This document shows positions 45,771 to 54,951 of a stretch of 59,260 nucleotides of DNA, piece by piece. Below the pieces are notes generated by a model, which was not told where the DNA came from, did not search any database, and worked only from the letters and a program-made list of their open reading frames with translations. The position numbers and the translations under genes are program-made. Each line of letters starts with the position of its first letter. Position 1 is the stretch's first letter. The DNA is from Dehalococcoidia bacterium (lineage in GTDB: Bacteria; Chloroflexota; Dehalococcoidia; DSTF01; JALHUB01): NCBI GenBank assembly GCA_034420175.1, contig DAOULP010000225.1, forward strand, positions 1 through 59,260. Reading direction: 5' to 3'.

Positions 45771-46661
45771 GTGGAAAGGCCCGCCGCTGGCCAGGAAGCA
45801 CTGGCTCGCCCCGACGTAACCCGCCAGCCTGCTCTGCCCGCCGAGGAAGGGGCGGCGCAGGGCCTGGCGCCCGCTACCGTTCGAGCGGTGCGCGTGGCCC
45901 GGACTGTCCTCGCCGATCTACTGCCGCCCGCTGCCGCCCTGCTGGTCGCCGCTGGCGTCTGGGAGGCCTGGGTGCGCCTGCGCGACGTGCCGGAGTACCT
46001 TGTGCCGGCGCCGTCGGCGGTCGTGGCGCGCATGGCCGAAGACCCAACCTTCTTCGCCCGCGAGGGCATGATAACGCTCCAGGGGGCGCTGGCCGGCTTC
46101 GCGCTGGGGTCGGGGATTGCCATCGCCCTGGCCGCAGCAATGGCCCACTCCAGGCTCCTGGAGAAGAGCATCTTCCCCCTGGCCATACTGGTGAAGGTCA
46201 CGCCCATCGTGGCCATCGCGCCGCTCCTGGCCATCTGGTTCGGCTTCGGGCTCATGCCGAAGGTCTTCATCGCCGCCCTCATCGTCTTCTTCCCCGTGAT
46301 GGTCAACGGTCTGCTCGGCTTTCGCTCCGTGAACCCCGGCGCGCTGGAGCTGCTGCAATCGCTGGCGGCCTCGCGACTGGAGGTGTTCCTCAAGCTGCGC
46401 GTGCCGAGCGCCCTCCCCTTGCTCTTCGCCGCCTTCAAGGTCTCGATTCCGCTCAGCGTTATCGGCGCCGTGGTAGCCGAGTGGTTCAGCGGCGACCGCG
46501 GTCTGGGGCGGGTCATCCAGGTGGCGAACAACAACCTGGACCTGGACACGGCCTTTGGGGCCGTATTCTCGCTGGCCATCCTGGGAATCGGGCTCTATCT
46601 GCTGACGGCTATCCTGGAGCGGCGCCTCCTCTTCTGGCACGAGTCGGCGACAGGGGTGTGA
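45771..46661 (+). CDS. ABC transporter permease (NitT/TauT/ThiX-like)
   Basis: YLVPAPS, TPIVAIAP, VIGAVVAEW, GLG. Confidence 0.95.
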   Translation: MERPAAGQEALARPDVTRQPALPAEEGAAQGLAPATVRAVRVARTVLADLLPPAAALLVAAGVWEAWVRLRDVPEYLVPAPSAVVARMAEDPTFFAREGMITLQGALAGFALGSGIAIALAAAMAHSRLLEKSIFPLAILVKVTPIVAIAPLLAIWFGFGLMPKVFIAALIVFFPVMVNGLLGFRSVNPGALELLQSLAASRLEVFLKLRVPSALPLLFAAFKVSIPLSVIGAVVAEWFSGDRGLGRVIQVANNNLDLDTAFGAVFSLAILGIGLYLLTAILERRLLFWHESATGV

Positions 46662-46705
46662 TGGCCGCTCTGGAGACAAGCTAGAGCACGACGCAGGCCT
46701 GACGA

Positions 46706-47791
46706 ATGAAGGAGGCACAGATGCGCTCACCTCGCCTGACCGGCACACGGCTGCTTCTGATGGCGGCCTTGCTCGCCGTGACCACTCTCTTCCTGATGGC
46801 CTGCGACGGGGACGACGATGGGGCGGCTACCCCTACGGCCGGAGGCACCCCAACGGAGACCACGAAGGTCACATTCATGGCCGGCTACAAGCCCCAAGCC
46901 AACCTGCCCTTCGTTGGTGTCTACGTGGCTCAGGAGAAGGGCTTCTTTGAAGAGCAGGCCCTGGAGGTGGAGATCCAGCACTCGGACGGCTCTCAGCACG
47001 TGCAACTGCTGGCGACGGGCAAGATCCAGTTCGCCACCGGCGACGCCGCCCAGGTGCTGCGACGCCGCGCGGAGACCGATATCCCCATCGTCGCCGTCGC
47101 TCTCGTCGGGCAGACGGGCCAGCAAGGTTGGGTGGCCCTGGCCGACTCCGGCATCGAGGCTCCGACCGACTGGGTCGGCAAGACGGTCGGCTTCCGTGAC
47201 ACCATCCCGCCCGACTTCTACGCCATCCTGGACGCCAACAACATCGACCCCAACACCGTGAAGACAGTGAACATAGGCTTTCAGCCGCCCACTCTTCTGC
47301 TCGAGGGGAGGGTGGACGTCTACCCTGTCTTCCTCTCCAACGAGCCGGACACCATCCGCCGCCAGGGCAAGGAGGTGACGGTGTTCCGGGCCGCCGACTA
47401 CGGTGTTCCTACCCTGGGCCTCACCTACATCTCAAATGAGGACTTCATCGCGAGCAACCCAGAGGCCGTGGAGCGATTCGTGAAGGCGGCCCTGCGCGGC
47501 ATCCAGTACGCCATCGACAACCCCGAGGAGGCCGTCGAGATCGTGCTCAAGTACGCACCGCAGGAGGACGCTGAGCACCAGCGCTTCATGCTGGACACGG
47601 AGATCGAAGGTGCCCAGAGCGACCTGACAGAGCAGAACGGTCTGGGCTGGCAGACCGAGGAGCAGTGGCAGGGCCTGGCTGACACGCTTCTGGAGTACGA
47701 GGCTCTGGAGAAGGCCGTGGACGTGAACGAGGCCTTCACCAATGAGTTCGTCGAGCAGGCGTACGAGGGCGGCGAGCTCATCTGGCCCTAG
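46706..47791 (+). CDS. ABC substrate-binding lipoprotein (NMT1/THI5/ThiY-like)
   Basis: LMAC lipobox; PQANLPFVGVYVAQEKGFF; F++ALRG (FVKAALRG); WQGL. Confidence 0.9.
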   Translation: MKEAQMRSPRLTGTRLLLMAALLAVTTLFLMACDGDDDGAATPTAGGTPTETTKVTFMAGYKPQANLPFVGVYVAQEKGFFEEQALEVEIQHSDGSQHVQLLATGKIQFATGDAAQVLRRRAETDIPIVAVALVGQTGQQGWVALADSGIEAPTDWVGKTVGFRDTIPPDFYAILDANNIDPNTVKTVNIGFQPPTLLLEGRVDVYPVFLSNEPDTIRRQGKEVTVFRAADYGVPTLGLTYISNEDFIASNPEAVERFVKAALRGIQYAIDNPEEAVEIVLKYAPQEDAEHQRFMLDTEIEGAQSDLTEQNGLGWQTEEQWQGLADTLLEYEALEKAVDVNEAFTNEFVEQAYEGGELIWP

Positions 47792-47811
47792 ACGCCACGG
47801 GTCTGAACGCA

Positions 47812-47842
47812 ATCGGGCCGCCCCGTCTTGGGACGGCCCGAT
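47812..47842. terminator. Probable bidirectional terminator between convergent genes
   Basis: ATCGGGCCG-CCCC...GGGA-CGGCCCGAT followed by CTGTTT. Confidence 0.6.
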
Positions 47843-47861
47843 CTGTTTCGGGGTGTCTGGC

Positions 47862-48029
47862 CTACTCCCGGCGGATCATCTTCCGGACGGCCTCCTCCAT
47901 CTCGGGCGTCCGCTCGATCTGGTGGACCTCCTTGCCGTGCTGGAAGGCCATGTCCAGCAGTTCGTCTTCGGTGTCGGCGCGGCCCTCCCAGTCACAGTCC
48001 GCACCAGTCTCGCGACATCTGAGCACCAT
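47862..48029 (-). CDS. DUF1059-like small metal-binding protein (55 aa; not in the ORF track)
   Basis: Hand translation MVLRCRETGADCDWEGRADTEDELLDMAFQHGKEVHQIERTPEMEEAVRKMIRRE with C-x6-C and H-x4-H; GGGAG RBS. Confidence 0.85.
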   Translation of the reverse strand: MVLRCRETGADCDWEGRADTEDELLDMAFQHGKEVHQIERTPEMEEAVRKMIRRE

Positions 48030-48140
48030 GGCGATCTCCCTTCCTTGCTTTGCATCCTACTTGGCTTATAAAGCAATCTTAGTTCCATCTCCCGTCCCGT
48101 GTCAAGCGCTCGGGAAGCCACCGCCCCAGTGGTCGCCCTG

Positions 48141-48168
48141 TTGACAGGCGCAGGCCATGGGGTATAGT
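48141..48168 (+). promoter_or_regulatory. sigma70-like promoter
   Basis: TTGACA-N16-TATAGT upstream of the enoyl-CoA hydratase gene. Confidence 0.65.
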
Positions 48169-48214
48169 GGCCTCGCTCTGCCGCGCAATGAGTTGGTGAC
48201 AGAGGAGGGCGATC

Positions 48215-49024
48215 ATGGACTTCGAGCAGATCATCTACGAGAAGGACGGGGGGGTTGCCACGATCACGCTCAACCGCCCGGAGCGCATGAACGCCTTCAC
48301 CGCGCAGATGATCGAGGAGTGGGCCCGGGCCCTCGTGGAGGCCCGCACGGACCCGGAGGTGCGGGCGGTCATCGTCACCGGGGCGGGACGTGGCTTCTGC
48401 GCTGGTGTCGACCTGAGGGGCGATTCGGCTCTGGTCAAGACCACCGCGGGGCGACCGTCATCTCCCGCCGAGCGCCGCAACTTGCTGCGGGACAGCGTCC
48501 ACGCCGTACCCCGTGCGGTGGGGCTTCTGGACAAGCCGTACGTCGCGGCCGTCAACGGGCCCGCCGTTGGTGCCGGCATGGACATGGCCAGTATGTGCGA
48601 CATCCGCATCGCCTCGGAGACGGCCCGCTTCTCGATGGCCTACGTGCGGATTGGGTTAGTCCCCGGGGACGGCGGCTGCTACTTCCTCCCGCGCATCGTG
48701 GGGCTGGCCAAGGCGCTGGAACTCATCTGGACGGGCGACTTCATCGACGCCAAGGAGGCCCTCCGCCTCGGCTACGTCAGCCAGGTTGTGCCGCCCGACG
48801 AGCTGATGCCGACGGTCAAGGCGTTCGCAAGGCGCCTGGCCGATGGCCCGGCGGTGGCCATCCAGTTGGCCAAGCGGCTGGTCTACCGGGGGCTGGAGGC
48901 CAGCCTGCGCGAGGCGCTGGAGGAGGCCGATCAGGCCATGGCCATCGCCCAGTCCACGGAGGACGCCCGCGAGGGCCCGCGGGCCTACGTCGAGAAGAGG
49001 CCGCCTAAGTTCAAGGGCAGGTAA
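48215..49024 (+). CDS. Enoyl-CoA hydratase/isomerase family protein
   Basis: TLNRPERMNA, FCAGVDL, VNGPAVGAG, GLVPGDGG, EKRPPKFKG. Confidence 0.95.
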   Translation: MDFEQIIYEKDGGVATITLNRPERMNAFTAQMIEEWARALVEARTDPEVRAVIVTGAGRGFCAGVDLRGDSALVKTTAGRPSSPAERRNLLRDSVHAVPRAVGLLDKPYVAAVNGPAVGAGMDMASMCDIRIASETARFSMAYVRIGLVPGDGGCYFLPRIVGLAKALELIWTGDFIDAKEALRLGYVSQVVPPDELMPTVKAFARRLADGPAVAIQLAKRLVYRGLEASLREALEEADQAMAIAQSTEDAREGPRAYVEKRPPKFKGR

Positions 49025-49184
49025 GACGGAGCCACGAGGGGTTGTCCACGATAGGGCCATGTCGGAAGTCACCGCGCACAGGATGTGCGCGGCTTGGCAG
49101 GCGAGGGGTCGCCGCGGCTAGGCCGTAGGACCAAGCCGCGGACTTCCAGTCCGCGGTGGGCACTTCGCGAGTGAGGGGGAAGAC

Positions 49185-50513
49185 ACGGACGAACTGATCT
49201 ACGCCTCAGCCGCGACGCTGGCCACGGCCATCCGCGAGCGGAAGGTGTCGTCGCTCGAGGTGGTTGAGGCCTGCCTGCGACGGATCGAAGAGGTCAATCC
49301 CCGGCTGAACGCTGTCGTGCAGGTGACGGCGGACTCGGCTCGCGCCCAAGCCCGCGAGGCCGATGCCGCTCTGGCGCGCGGCGAGGTCAAAGGGCCGCTG
49401 CACGGCGTTCCCTTCACCGTCAAGGATTGGCTGGAGGCGGCAGGCGTTATCTGCGCGGCGGGATTCCAGGAGCGGGCCGACTTCGTGCCGAAGGAGGACG
49501 CGACCGTCGTGGCGCGGATGCGCGCGGCCGGTGCGATCATGCTGGGCAAGACCAACGTCCTGTTCATGAACCCTACCGGCGGCGACCCGGCCGGCAATCC
49601 GGTTCACGGCCGCACGAACAACCCCTACGATGTGTCGCGCTCGCCGGGCTACAGTAGTGCCGGCGAGGCCGCCATCATAGCCGCAGGCGGGTCGCCGCTC
49701 GGTCTGGGCAGCGACTCAGGCGGCAGCATCCGGATGCCGGCCCACTGCTGCGGCATCGCGGGGCTGAGGCCGACCACGGGACGGGTGCCCAACACCGGCC
49801 ATTTCCCGCGCATCGGTGCCCTCAGCGATCCGCGGACGCAGATCGGGCCGCTGTCCCGCTTCATCGAAGACCTGGCGCTCACTCTGCCGATCATCTCCGG
49901 CGTCGACTGGCGCGACCCAGGAGTGATCCCGATGCCGCTGGGTGACCCAGGCGCCGTCCAGCTCCAGGGTCTGCGAGTGGCGTTCTACACCGACGACGGC
50001 ATCGCGTCCCCCACGCCCGAGACGGTTGCGACGGTGAAGGCTGCAGCCGGCGCGTTGGCTGACGCAGGCCTCGCGGTGGAGGAGGCGCGGCCCAGACGAA
50101 TCGAGGAGACGTACGAGATCACGCTCGGCTACTGGCGGCGATCGCAGATGACGGGCGAGGAGATCGATCGCTCCCTGTTCCAGTGGGACCGGTTCCGGCG
50201 CGCCATGCTCTCGTTCATGGAGGGCTACGACGCTGTCCTCTGTCCTGTCTGCGAGCGCCCAGCCGTCCCTCACGAAGCGACGGGCGATCGCGATGCGCGC
50301 GACATCAGCTACACCTTGACCTACAGCCTGACCGGGTGGCCTTGCGTCGCCGTGCGCGCCGGCACCTCGCCGGAGGGCCTGCCCATCGGCGTCCAGGTTG
50401 TCGCCGGCCCCTGGCGTGAGGACGTGGCCCTGGCCGTGGCCCAGCACATCGAGACGGCCCTGGGCGGCTGGGGGCGGCCGCCGGAGTCCAAGGGACGGGA
50501 GCCTAGAGCTTGA
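49185..50513 (+). CDS. Amidase (amidase-signature family); probable non-canonical ACG start at 49185
   Basis: GPLHGVPFTVKD, GKTN, SPGYSSAGEAA, GSDSGGSIR.PA, GLPIGVQ. The homologous N-terminal helix lies upstream of the first canonical start codon (49245). Confidence 0.9.
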   Translation, partial: TDELIYASAATLATAIRERKVSSLEVVEACLRRIEEVNPRLNAVVQVTADSARAQAREADAALARGEVKGPLHGVPFTVKDWLEAAGVICAAGFQERADFVPKEDATVVARMRAAGAIMLGKTNVLFMNPTGGDPAGNPVHGRTNNPYDVSRSPGYSSAGEAAIIAAGGSPLGLGSDSGGSIRMPAHCCGIAGLRPTTGRVPNTGHFPRIGALSDPRTQIGPLSRFIEDLALTLPIISGVDWRDPGVIPMPLGDPGAVQLQGLRVAFYTDDGIASPTPETVATVKAAAGALADAGLAVEEARPRRIEETYEITLGYWRRSQMTGEEIDRSLFQWDRFRRAMLSFMEGYDAVLCPVCERPAVPHEATGDRDARDISYTLTYSLTGWPCVAVRAGTSPEGLPIGVQVVAGPWREDVALAVAQHIETALGGWGRPPESKGREPRA

Positions 50514-50736
50514 TGTGTATGTCGCCGCCCATGCGCTTGACACTTCGCTTCAGGTCATCCATCGCTCGGTCGATCTTTCGGGGGTCATCTCCTGTGAACT
50601 TGACGGGGAAGCTCTTCCCACACGACGAGCAACGAACCCGGCGGGTAGACAGCGCTCGGCCCATGTTTATCCGAACTTGGCGACCGCACCCAGGGCAGCT
50701 AGCGTTGAAGTCCAACTTGTCGGTCAACGTCCCCAT
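50503..50736 (-). CDS. Small zinc-ribbon protein
   Basis: CPGC...CSSC; GGAGGGAGG RBS. Confidence 0.7.
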   Translation of the reverse strand: MGTLTDKLDFNASCPGCGRQVRINMGRALSTRRVRCSSCGKSFPVKFTGDDPRKIDRAMDDLKRSVKRMGGDIHIKL

Positions 50737-50897
50737 TGTGGCACCTCCCTCCGCACCTAGGACAAACGTTTCACCTACATTAGCACATCTGGTCGCTCAC
50801 TTCAATCGTCGCATTGCGTGGCGAACCTCCTGGATGAGAAGACAGGTGCCCTCCCGTCTTGGTCCGCCCCGCAGTCGGGCTCGGTGAGGAGGCCGCC

Positions 50898-52079
50898 ATG
50901 GACTTCCGCTTCAGCCCCGATCATGAGGCCTTTCGACGGGAGGTGCGCGACTTCCTGAGGGCCGAGCTGCCCTCCGACTGGGGCGGCCGTAACGACCGCG
51001 AGGACATGTCGCCGGAGGAGGCGGAGTTCGCCCGCGGGTTCGTCAAGAAGCTGGCCGGGAAGGGCTGGCTGACCATGGCCTGGCCCCAGGAGTACGGCGG
51101 CATGGGCGCCGACGCCCTCCGGCAGCTCGTCTACAACGAGGAGACGTCCTACCATCGGGCGCCCGGCGCCGGGAATCCCGGAACGAATCTGGTGGGCCCC
51201 ACCATCATCGTGCACGGCACCGAGGGGCAGAAGCGCCGCTTCCTCTCGGCTATCGCGCGGGCCGAGGAGACGTGGTGCCAGGGCTTCTCCGAGCCCGGCG
51301 CCGGCTCCGACCTGGCCTCGCTGTCGACCTCGGCCGTGGCGGACGGCGACGAGTTCGTCCTCAACGGCCAGAAGACCTGGACCTCCGGCGCCCACCACGC
51401 CGACTGGTGCATCGTCCTCGCCCGCACCGACCGGGAGGTGCCCAAGCACAAGGGCATCAGTTGCTTTCTCATGGACATGCGGCTGCCCGGCATCACGATC
51501 CGGCCCCTCGTCAATATGCTGGGCTCCGGCGCCTTCAGCGAGGTCTTCATGGACGCCGTGCGCGTTCCCCGCGATTGCCTGGTGGGCGAACTGAACCGCG
51601 GCTGGTACGTCGCCACGACGACGCTGGACTTCGAGCGCTCCGGCATCCAGCGCGTCATGTACGCCCTGCGCACCTATGAGGACGTGGTCCGCTACGCCGC
51701 CGAGACGAAGACCGACGGCGGCACCCTGCTCGACCGGCCGCCGGTCCGGCACAAGCTGGCCGAGCTGAGCATCGAGTTTCGGGTGGGGCGGCTACTGGCC
51801 TATCGAGTGGCCTGGATGCAGAGCCAGGGCCTCATCCCCAACTACGAGGCCTCCATATCGAAGCTCTACGGAACCGAGCTCCTGACGCGACTGGGGGCGG
51901 CGGGCGTCAACCTGCCGGGCCTGCGCGGCCAGTTGCGGCCGGAGTCGAAGTGGGCGCCGCTGTCCGGCCGGCTGGAGCGCTACTACCTGGCCTCGATGTC
52001 GTACACGATCGCCGCCGGCACCAGCGAGGTGCAGCGGAACATCATCGCCATGCGGGGCCTCGGCCTGCCAAGGGGGTAG
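50898..52079 (+). CDS. Acyl-CoA dehydrogenase (actinobacterial FadE-like type)
   Basis: WCQGFSEPGAGSDLASL, LNGQKTWTS, FSEVF, TIAAGTSEVQRNII; GAGGAGG RBS. Confidence 0.95.
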   Translation: MDFRFSPDHEAFRREVRDFLRAELPSDWGGRNDREDMSPEEAEFARGFVKKLAGKGWLTMAWPQEYGGMGADALRQLVYNEETSYHRAPGAGNPGTNLVGPTIIVHGTEGQKRRFLSAIARAEETWCQGFSEPGAGSDLASLSTSAVADGDEFVLNGQKTWTSGAHHADWCIVLARTDREVPKHKGISCFLMDMRLPGITIRPLVNMLGSGAFSEVFMDAVRVPRDCLVGELNRGWYVATTTLDFERSGIQRVMYALRTYEDVVRYAAETKTDGGTLLDRPPVRHKLAELSIEFRVGRLLAYRVAWMQSQGLIPNYEASISKLYGTELLTRLGAAGVNLPGLRGQLRPESKWAPLSGRLERYYLASMSYTIAAGTSEVQRNIIAMRGLGLPRG

Positions 52080-52113
52080 CGCAGCTTCGCCGGTGGGGCG
52101 ACCCGTTCGTGGC

Positions 52114-52956
52114 CTAGTCCCAGATGTCGAGGACCTTGCGCATGGTCTGCTCAAACTCCTCGTCGTCGAGCTGGCGGCGCAGCCCGACGATGGCCGCCTC
52201 TTCGCCCACCGCGTAGCGCAGCTTCGGCTGGTCCGTGTGGACCGCGTCGTAGATCGCCTCCGCCACCACCTGGGGATCGCCCGGCTCGCCGCCCCCCGGC
52301 AGCTTCTTCAGAGCCTCTGTGAACCGGAGCCCGTACTCAAGGTGTGGCGAGCCCTCCGCGAACCGGAGCTCTTCTCTTTCTCTCGCCACCCGGTATCCCC
52401 TGGTATCGAAGCCGCCCGGCTCGATAATGGCGACCCGAATGCCGAACGGATGGCACTCGAAGTAGAGGGCCTCGCTGGCCGCCTCCAGCGCGTGCTTGCT
52501 GGCGGCATAGATGCCGTTGTAGGGCTCCGCGACGACTCCGGCGATGGATGACACGTTGACAATCGTGCCTGACCGCTGCTCCCGCATCGTGGGCAGAACG
52601 GCCTGGATCAGGCGGAGCGGGCCAAAGACGTTGGTCTCGAAGATCTCCCTCGCCTCGTGAAGATCCGCGTCCTCGATAGGGCCGTGAAAGCCGACGCCGG
52701 CGTTGTTCACTAGCACGTCGATTCGCCCTGCGGAGGCGAGGACGTCTGCCACCGCCCTCCGGACCGAGGCTCCGTCCGTGATGTCGAGCTGCACCACCTC
52801 GATGTGTAGATTCTGGTTGTCCGCTGCCCGCTCCAACTCACCGGCTATCGAGGTGTCCCGCATGCTCGCAAAGACGGTATGCCCCCTGCGGCTGAAGTGG
52901 AGGGCCGTCAGCAGCCCGATGCCTCGACTGCAACCTGTTATCAGCACGACTGCCAC
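52114..52956 (-). CDS. Short-chain dehydrogenase/reductase
   Basis: ITGCSRGIG, LVNNAG, YAASK, IEPG. Confidence 0.95.
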   Translation of the reverse strand: MAVVLITGCSRGIGLLTALHFSRRGHTVFASMRDTSIAGELERAADNQNLHIEVVQLDITDGASVRRAVADVLASAGRIDVLVNNAGVGFHGPIEDADLHEAREIFETNVFGPLRLIQAVLPTMREQRSGTIVNVSSIAGVVAEPYNGIYAASKHALEAASEALYFECHPFGIRVAIIEPGGFDTRGYRVAREREELRFAEGSPHLEYGLRFTEALKKLPGGGEPGDPQVVAEAIYDAVHTDQPKLRYAVGEEAAIVGLRRQLDDEEFEQTMRKVLDIWD

Positions 52957-53138
52957 TTGTACTACCCCCTTCTGGGTCGCCTTGCCTGATGCGCGGTGCC
53001 CATCCTCGGTGCCAGAAGCCCCTCCGAGCCTGCCGTCTTTCCCTCTTTGCCGGAGGTCTCCGAGTCTGGTAGAATCCGAACAGGGAACAGGGCGCCCCTG
53101 ACTCGGAACAACGCTAGCAGGGGCAAGCCTGTTTTGTC

Positions 53139-53158
53139 AAGGGTACGATCGTACCCTT
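53139..53158. promoter_or_regulatory. Perfect 20-bp palindrome, candidate operator of the adjacent XRE regulator
   Basis: AAGGGTACGA|TCGTACCCTT, 19 nt upstream of the XRE ATG; flanked by CCTGTT...AACAGG. Confidence 0.65.
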
Positions 53159-53177
53159 TTGAGAACAGGGCTTTTAG

Positions 53178-53561
53178 ATGACCCTTGCCGAACGAGTCAG
53201 ACGGAGGATGGACGAGAAGGGGTGGACCCTGGCCGAGCTGTCACGGTCCTCCGGTGTCGCCAAAGGCTACCTTTGGGCTCTTGTTGAGGGTGAGGCGACA
53301 CGGCCCTCTGCAGAGACGCTCTACAACATCGCCACAGCCCTGGGGACCTCGATGGTTGACCTTCTTGGCAAGCCACCGTCGCCGCCTACCAAGGCACAGA
53401 CCAGAATCCCCGCTGAGCTTCAGCGGGTGGCCGGGGACTTGGGTCTCCCTGAGGAAGATGTCAGAATGCTGGCTTCCATACGCTTCCGCAACGAGAGGCC
53501 GAAGACGGAGGAGGGTTGGAGGTTCCTTTACGAGTCTATCCGGAGGAGCATAAGGGAGTAG
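53178..53561 (+). CDS. XRE-family HTH transcriptional regulator
   Basis: LAERVRRRMDEKGWTLAELSRSSGVAKGYLWALVEG..RPSAETL..IA.ALG, plus a helical C-terminal domain. Confidence 0.9.
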   Translation: MTLAERVRRRMDEKGWTLAELSRSSGVAKGYLWALVEGEATRPSAETLYNIATALGTSMVDLLGKPPSPPTKAQTRIPAELQRVAGDLGLPEEDVRMLASIRFRNERPKTEEGWRFLYESIRRSIRE

Positions 53562-53684
53562 CAGCGGTGCATCACCGGGAACGCCGCAGCCGGGACCCGG
53601 CCCGGGGCCCCTGCCCTGACTCGTGCGACCGCCGCACTGGTGAGACTAATCCGTCGCCAAGACAACGATTCTGAGGTCGGCCAC

Positions 53685-54332
53685 ATGGCGAGCGAATCGG
53701 TCCCTGTCGTCCGCGGCCTCTACGTAATCGTCGATCCCGAGCAGACGCGGGGCCGCGACGCCGTCGAGGTGACGCGCCAGGCCCTCGACGGCGGTGCCTC
53801 CATCATCCAGTGGCGCGACAAGGCCCGTGACAAGGGACAGCAGCTTCCGCAGTTGCGGGCCGTCGGCGACCTCTGCCGCCGGCACGGGGCCCTCCTCCTC
53901 GTCAACGACCACGCCGACCTCGCCCTCGTCGCCCAGGCCGATGGCGTCCACCTGGGCCAGAAGGACCTGCCGCCCGCCGGCGTCCGCGCTTTCGTGCCGC
54001 CGGCCTTCATCATCGGGGTGTCCACGAACAACGTGGAGGAGGCGCGCCGCGCTCAGGCCGACGGCGCCTCCTACGTGGCGGTGGGCGCACTCTTCGCCAC
54101 GGGCTCGAAGAGTGACACGCGGCCGGCCAGCCCCGAGCGGCTGCGGGAGGTGAAGCAGGCGGTGTCGCTGCCGGTGGTGGGCATCGGTGGGATAGACGAG
54201 GGCAACATCGACGAGGTGCTGGCGGCGGGCGCCGATGCTGTCGCCGTGATCAGCGCCGTCACCGGCGCCGGCGACGTGCGGGAGGCGGCGGCGAGGCTGG
54301 CCGCCCATTTCAGGAGCGAAACCGGGACCTAG
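53685..54332 (+). CDS. thiE: Thiamine-phosphate synthase
   Basis: GLYVIVD, IQWRDK, LLVNDH, DGVHLGQKD, SYVAVG, VVGIGGI, VAVISA. Confidence 0.92.
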   Translation: MASESVPVVRGLYVIVDPEQTRGRDAVEVTRQALDGGASIIQWRDKARDKGQQLPQLRAVGDLCRRHGALLLVNDHADLALVAQADGVHLGQKDLPPAGVRAFVPPAFIIGVSTNNVEEARRAQADGASYVAVGALFATGSKSDTRPASPERLREVKQAVSLPVVGIGGIDEGNIDEVLAAGADAVAVISAVTGAGDVREAAARLAAHFRSETGT

Positions 54333-54368
54333 AGATTCAATTGTGGCGGCAGTCCGGAGGATGCCTGT

Positions 54369-54668
54369 CTAATGTCTCCGCCGATTCTCTTCGAATCGAC
54401 CACCGTGATAGATGATAGGCCTCGGAACTCGTTCGTGGCAGTGTCGACGATCGGGCTGCTCGGGCGTCGGGAGGTACCACGAAGGCTTCTTGTGAGTAGC
54501 CCGTCCCCCATTTCTGGCGAATCGAAATCCCAGGGGTTCCAACATCGGAGAGAACTCCTCTCCCGCAACGATCCAGAAGCACCCACCCTCCAGAGTCTTG
54601 TCTACGATATCCAGATTGTATTGACCCGCCAGTTGCATCGCCTGGCTCATTTGAACTGCTTGCTCCAT
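54369..54668 (-). CDS. Hypothetical protein in a lower-GC insert
   Basis: AGGAG RBS; protein-like N-terminal 66 aa (IVDKTLEGGCFWIV...GGRATHKKPSWY); C-terminal tail doubtful. Confidence 0.55.
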   Translation of the reverse strand: MEQAVQMSQAMQLAGQYNLDIVDKTLEGGCFWIVAGEEFSPMLEPLGFRFARNGGRATHKKPSWYLPTPEQPDRRHCHERVPRPIIYHGGRFEENRRRH

Positions 54669-54863
54669 GGTATGGACTCCTGCGCGTGCTGAAGCGGCCT
54701 ACAACGCCAGGTGCGGCAAACGGTGACATGGTTCCGCTCGTGGCTTCAATGCACGTGCTCTTCACGTTATTAATCGGTCACCCTGCGGGTGTTCCACAGC
54801 CGAACACAGCTAGGCCCCTGGAACCGGGCGGGGCTGAAGATCTGCGAGCACCCGCAGTCAGCT

Positions 54864-54914
54864 CTGAGGGTTGAAACCCTCAGCTTCCAAGAAGCTGCGG
54901 ATTTCAATCCGCAG
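54864..54914. repeat. Inverted pair of REP-like hairpins (REPIN-like)
   Basis: CTGAGGGTTGAAACCCTCAGCTTC and an inverted copy CTGCGGATTGAAATCCGCAGCTTC, separated by CAA. Confidence 0.7.
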
Positions 54915-54951
54915 GGTTGTCTTCCTTTATCGGATGGCTGAAGGTCGGCCC

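Noticed and set aside
54690-54790. GGCAAAC-containing riboswitch candidate
   Set aside because: It lacks the GAAA-capped P1 and downstream GEMM elements, and no gene follows in the right orientation.
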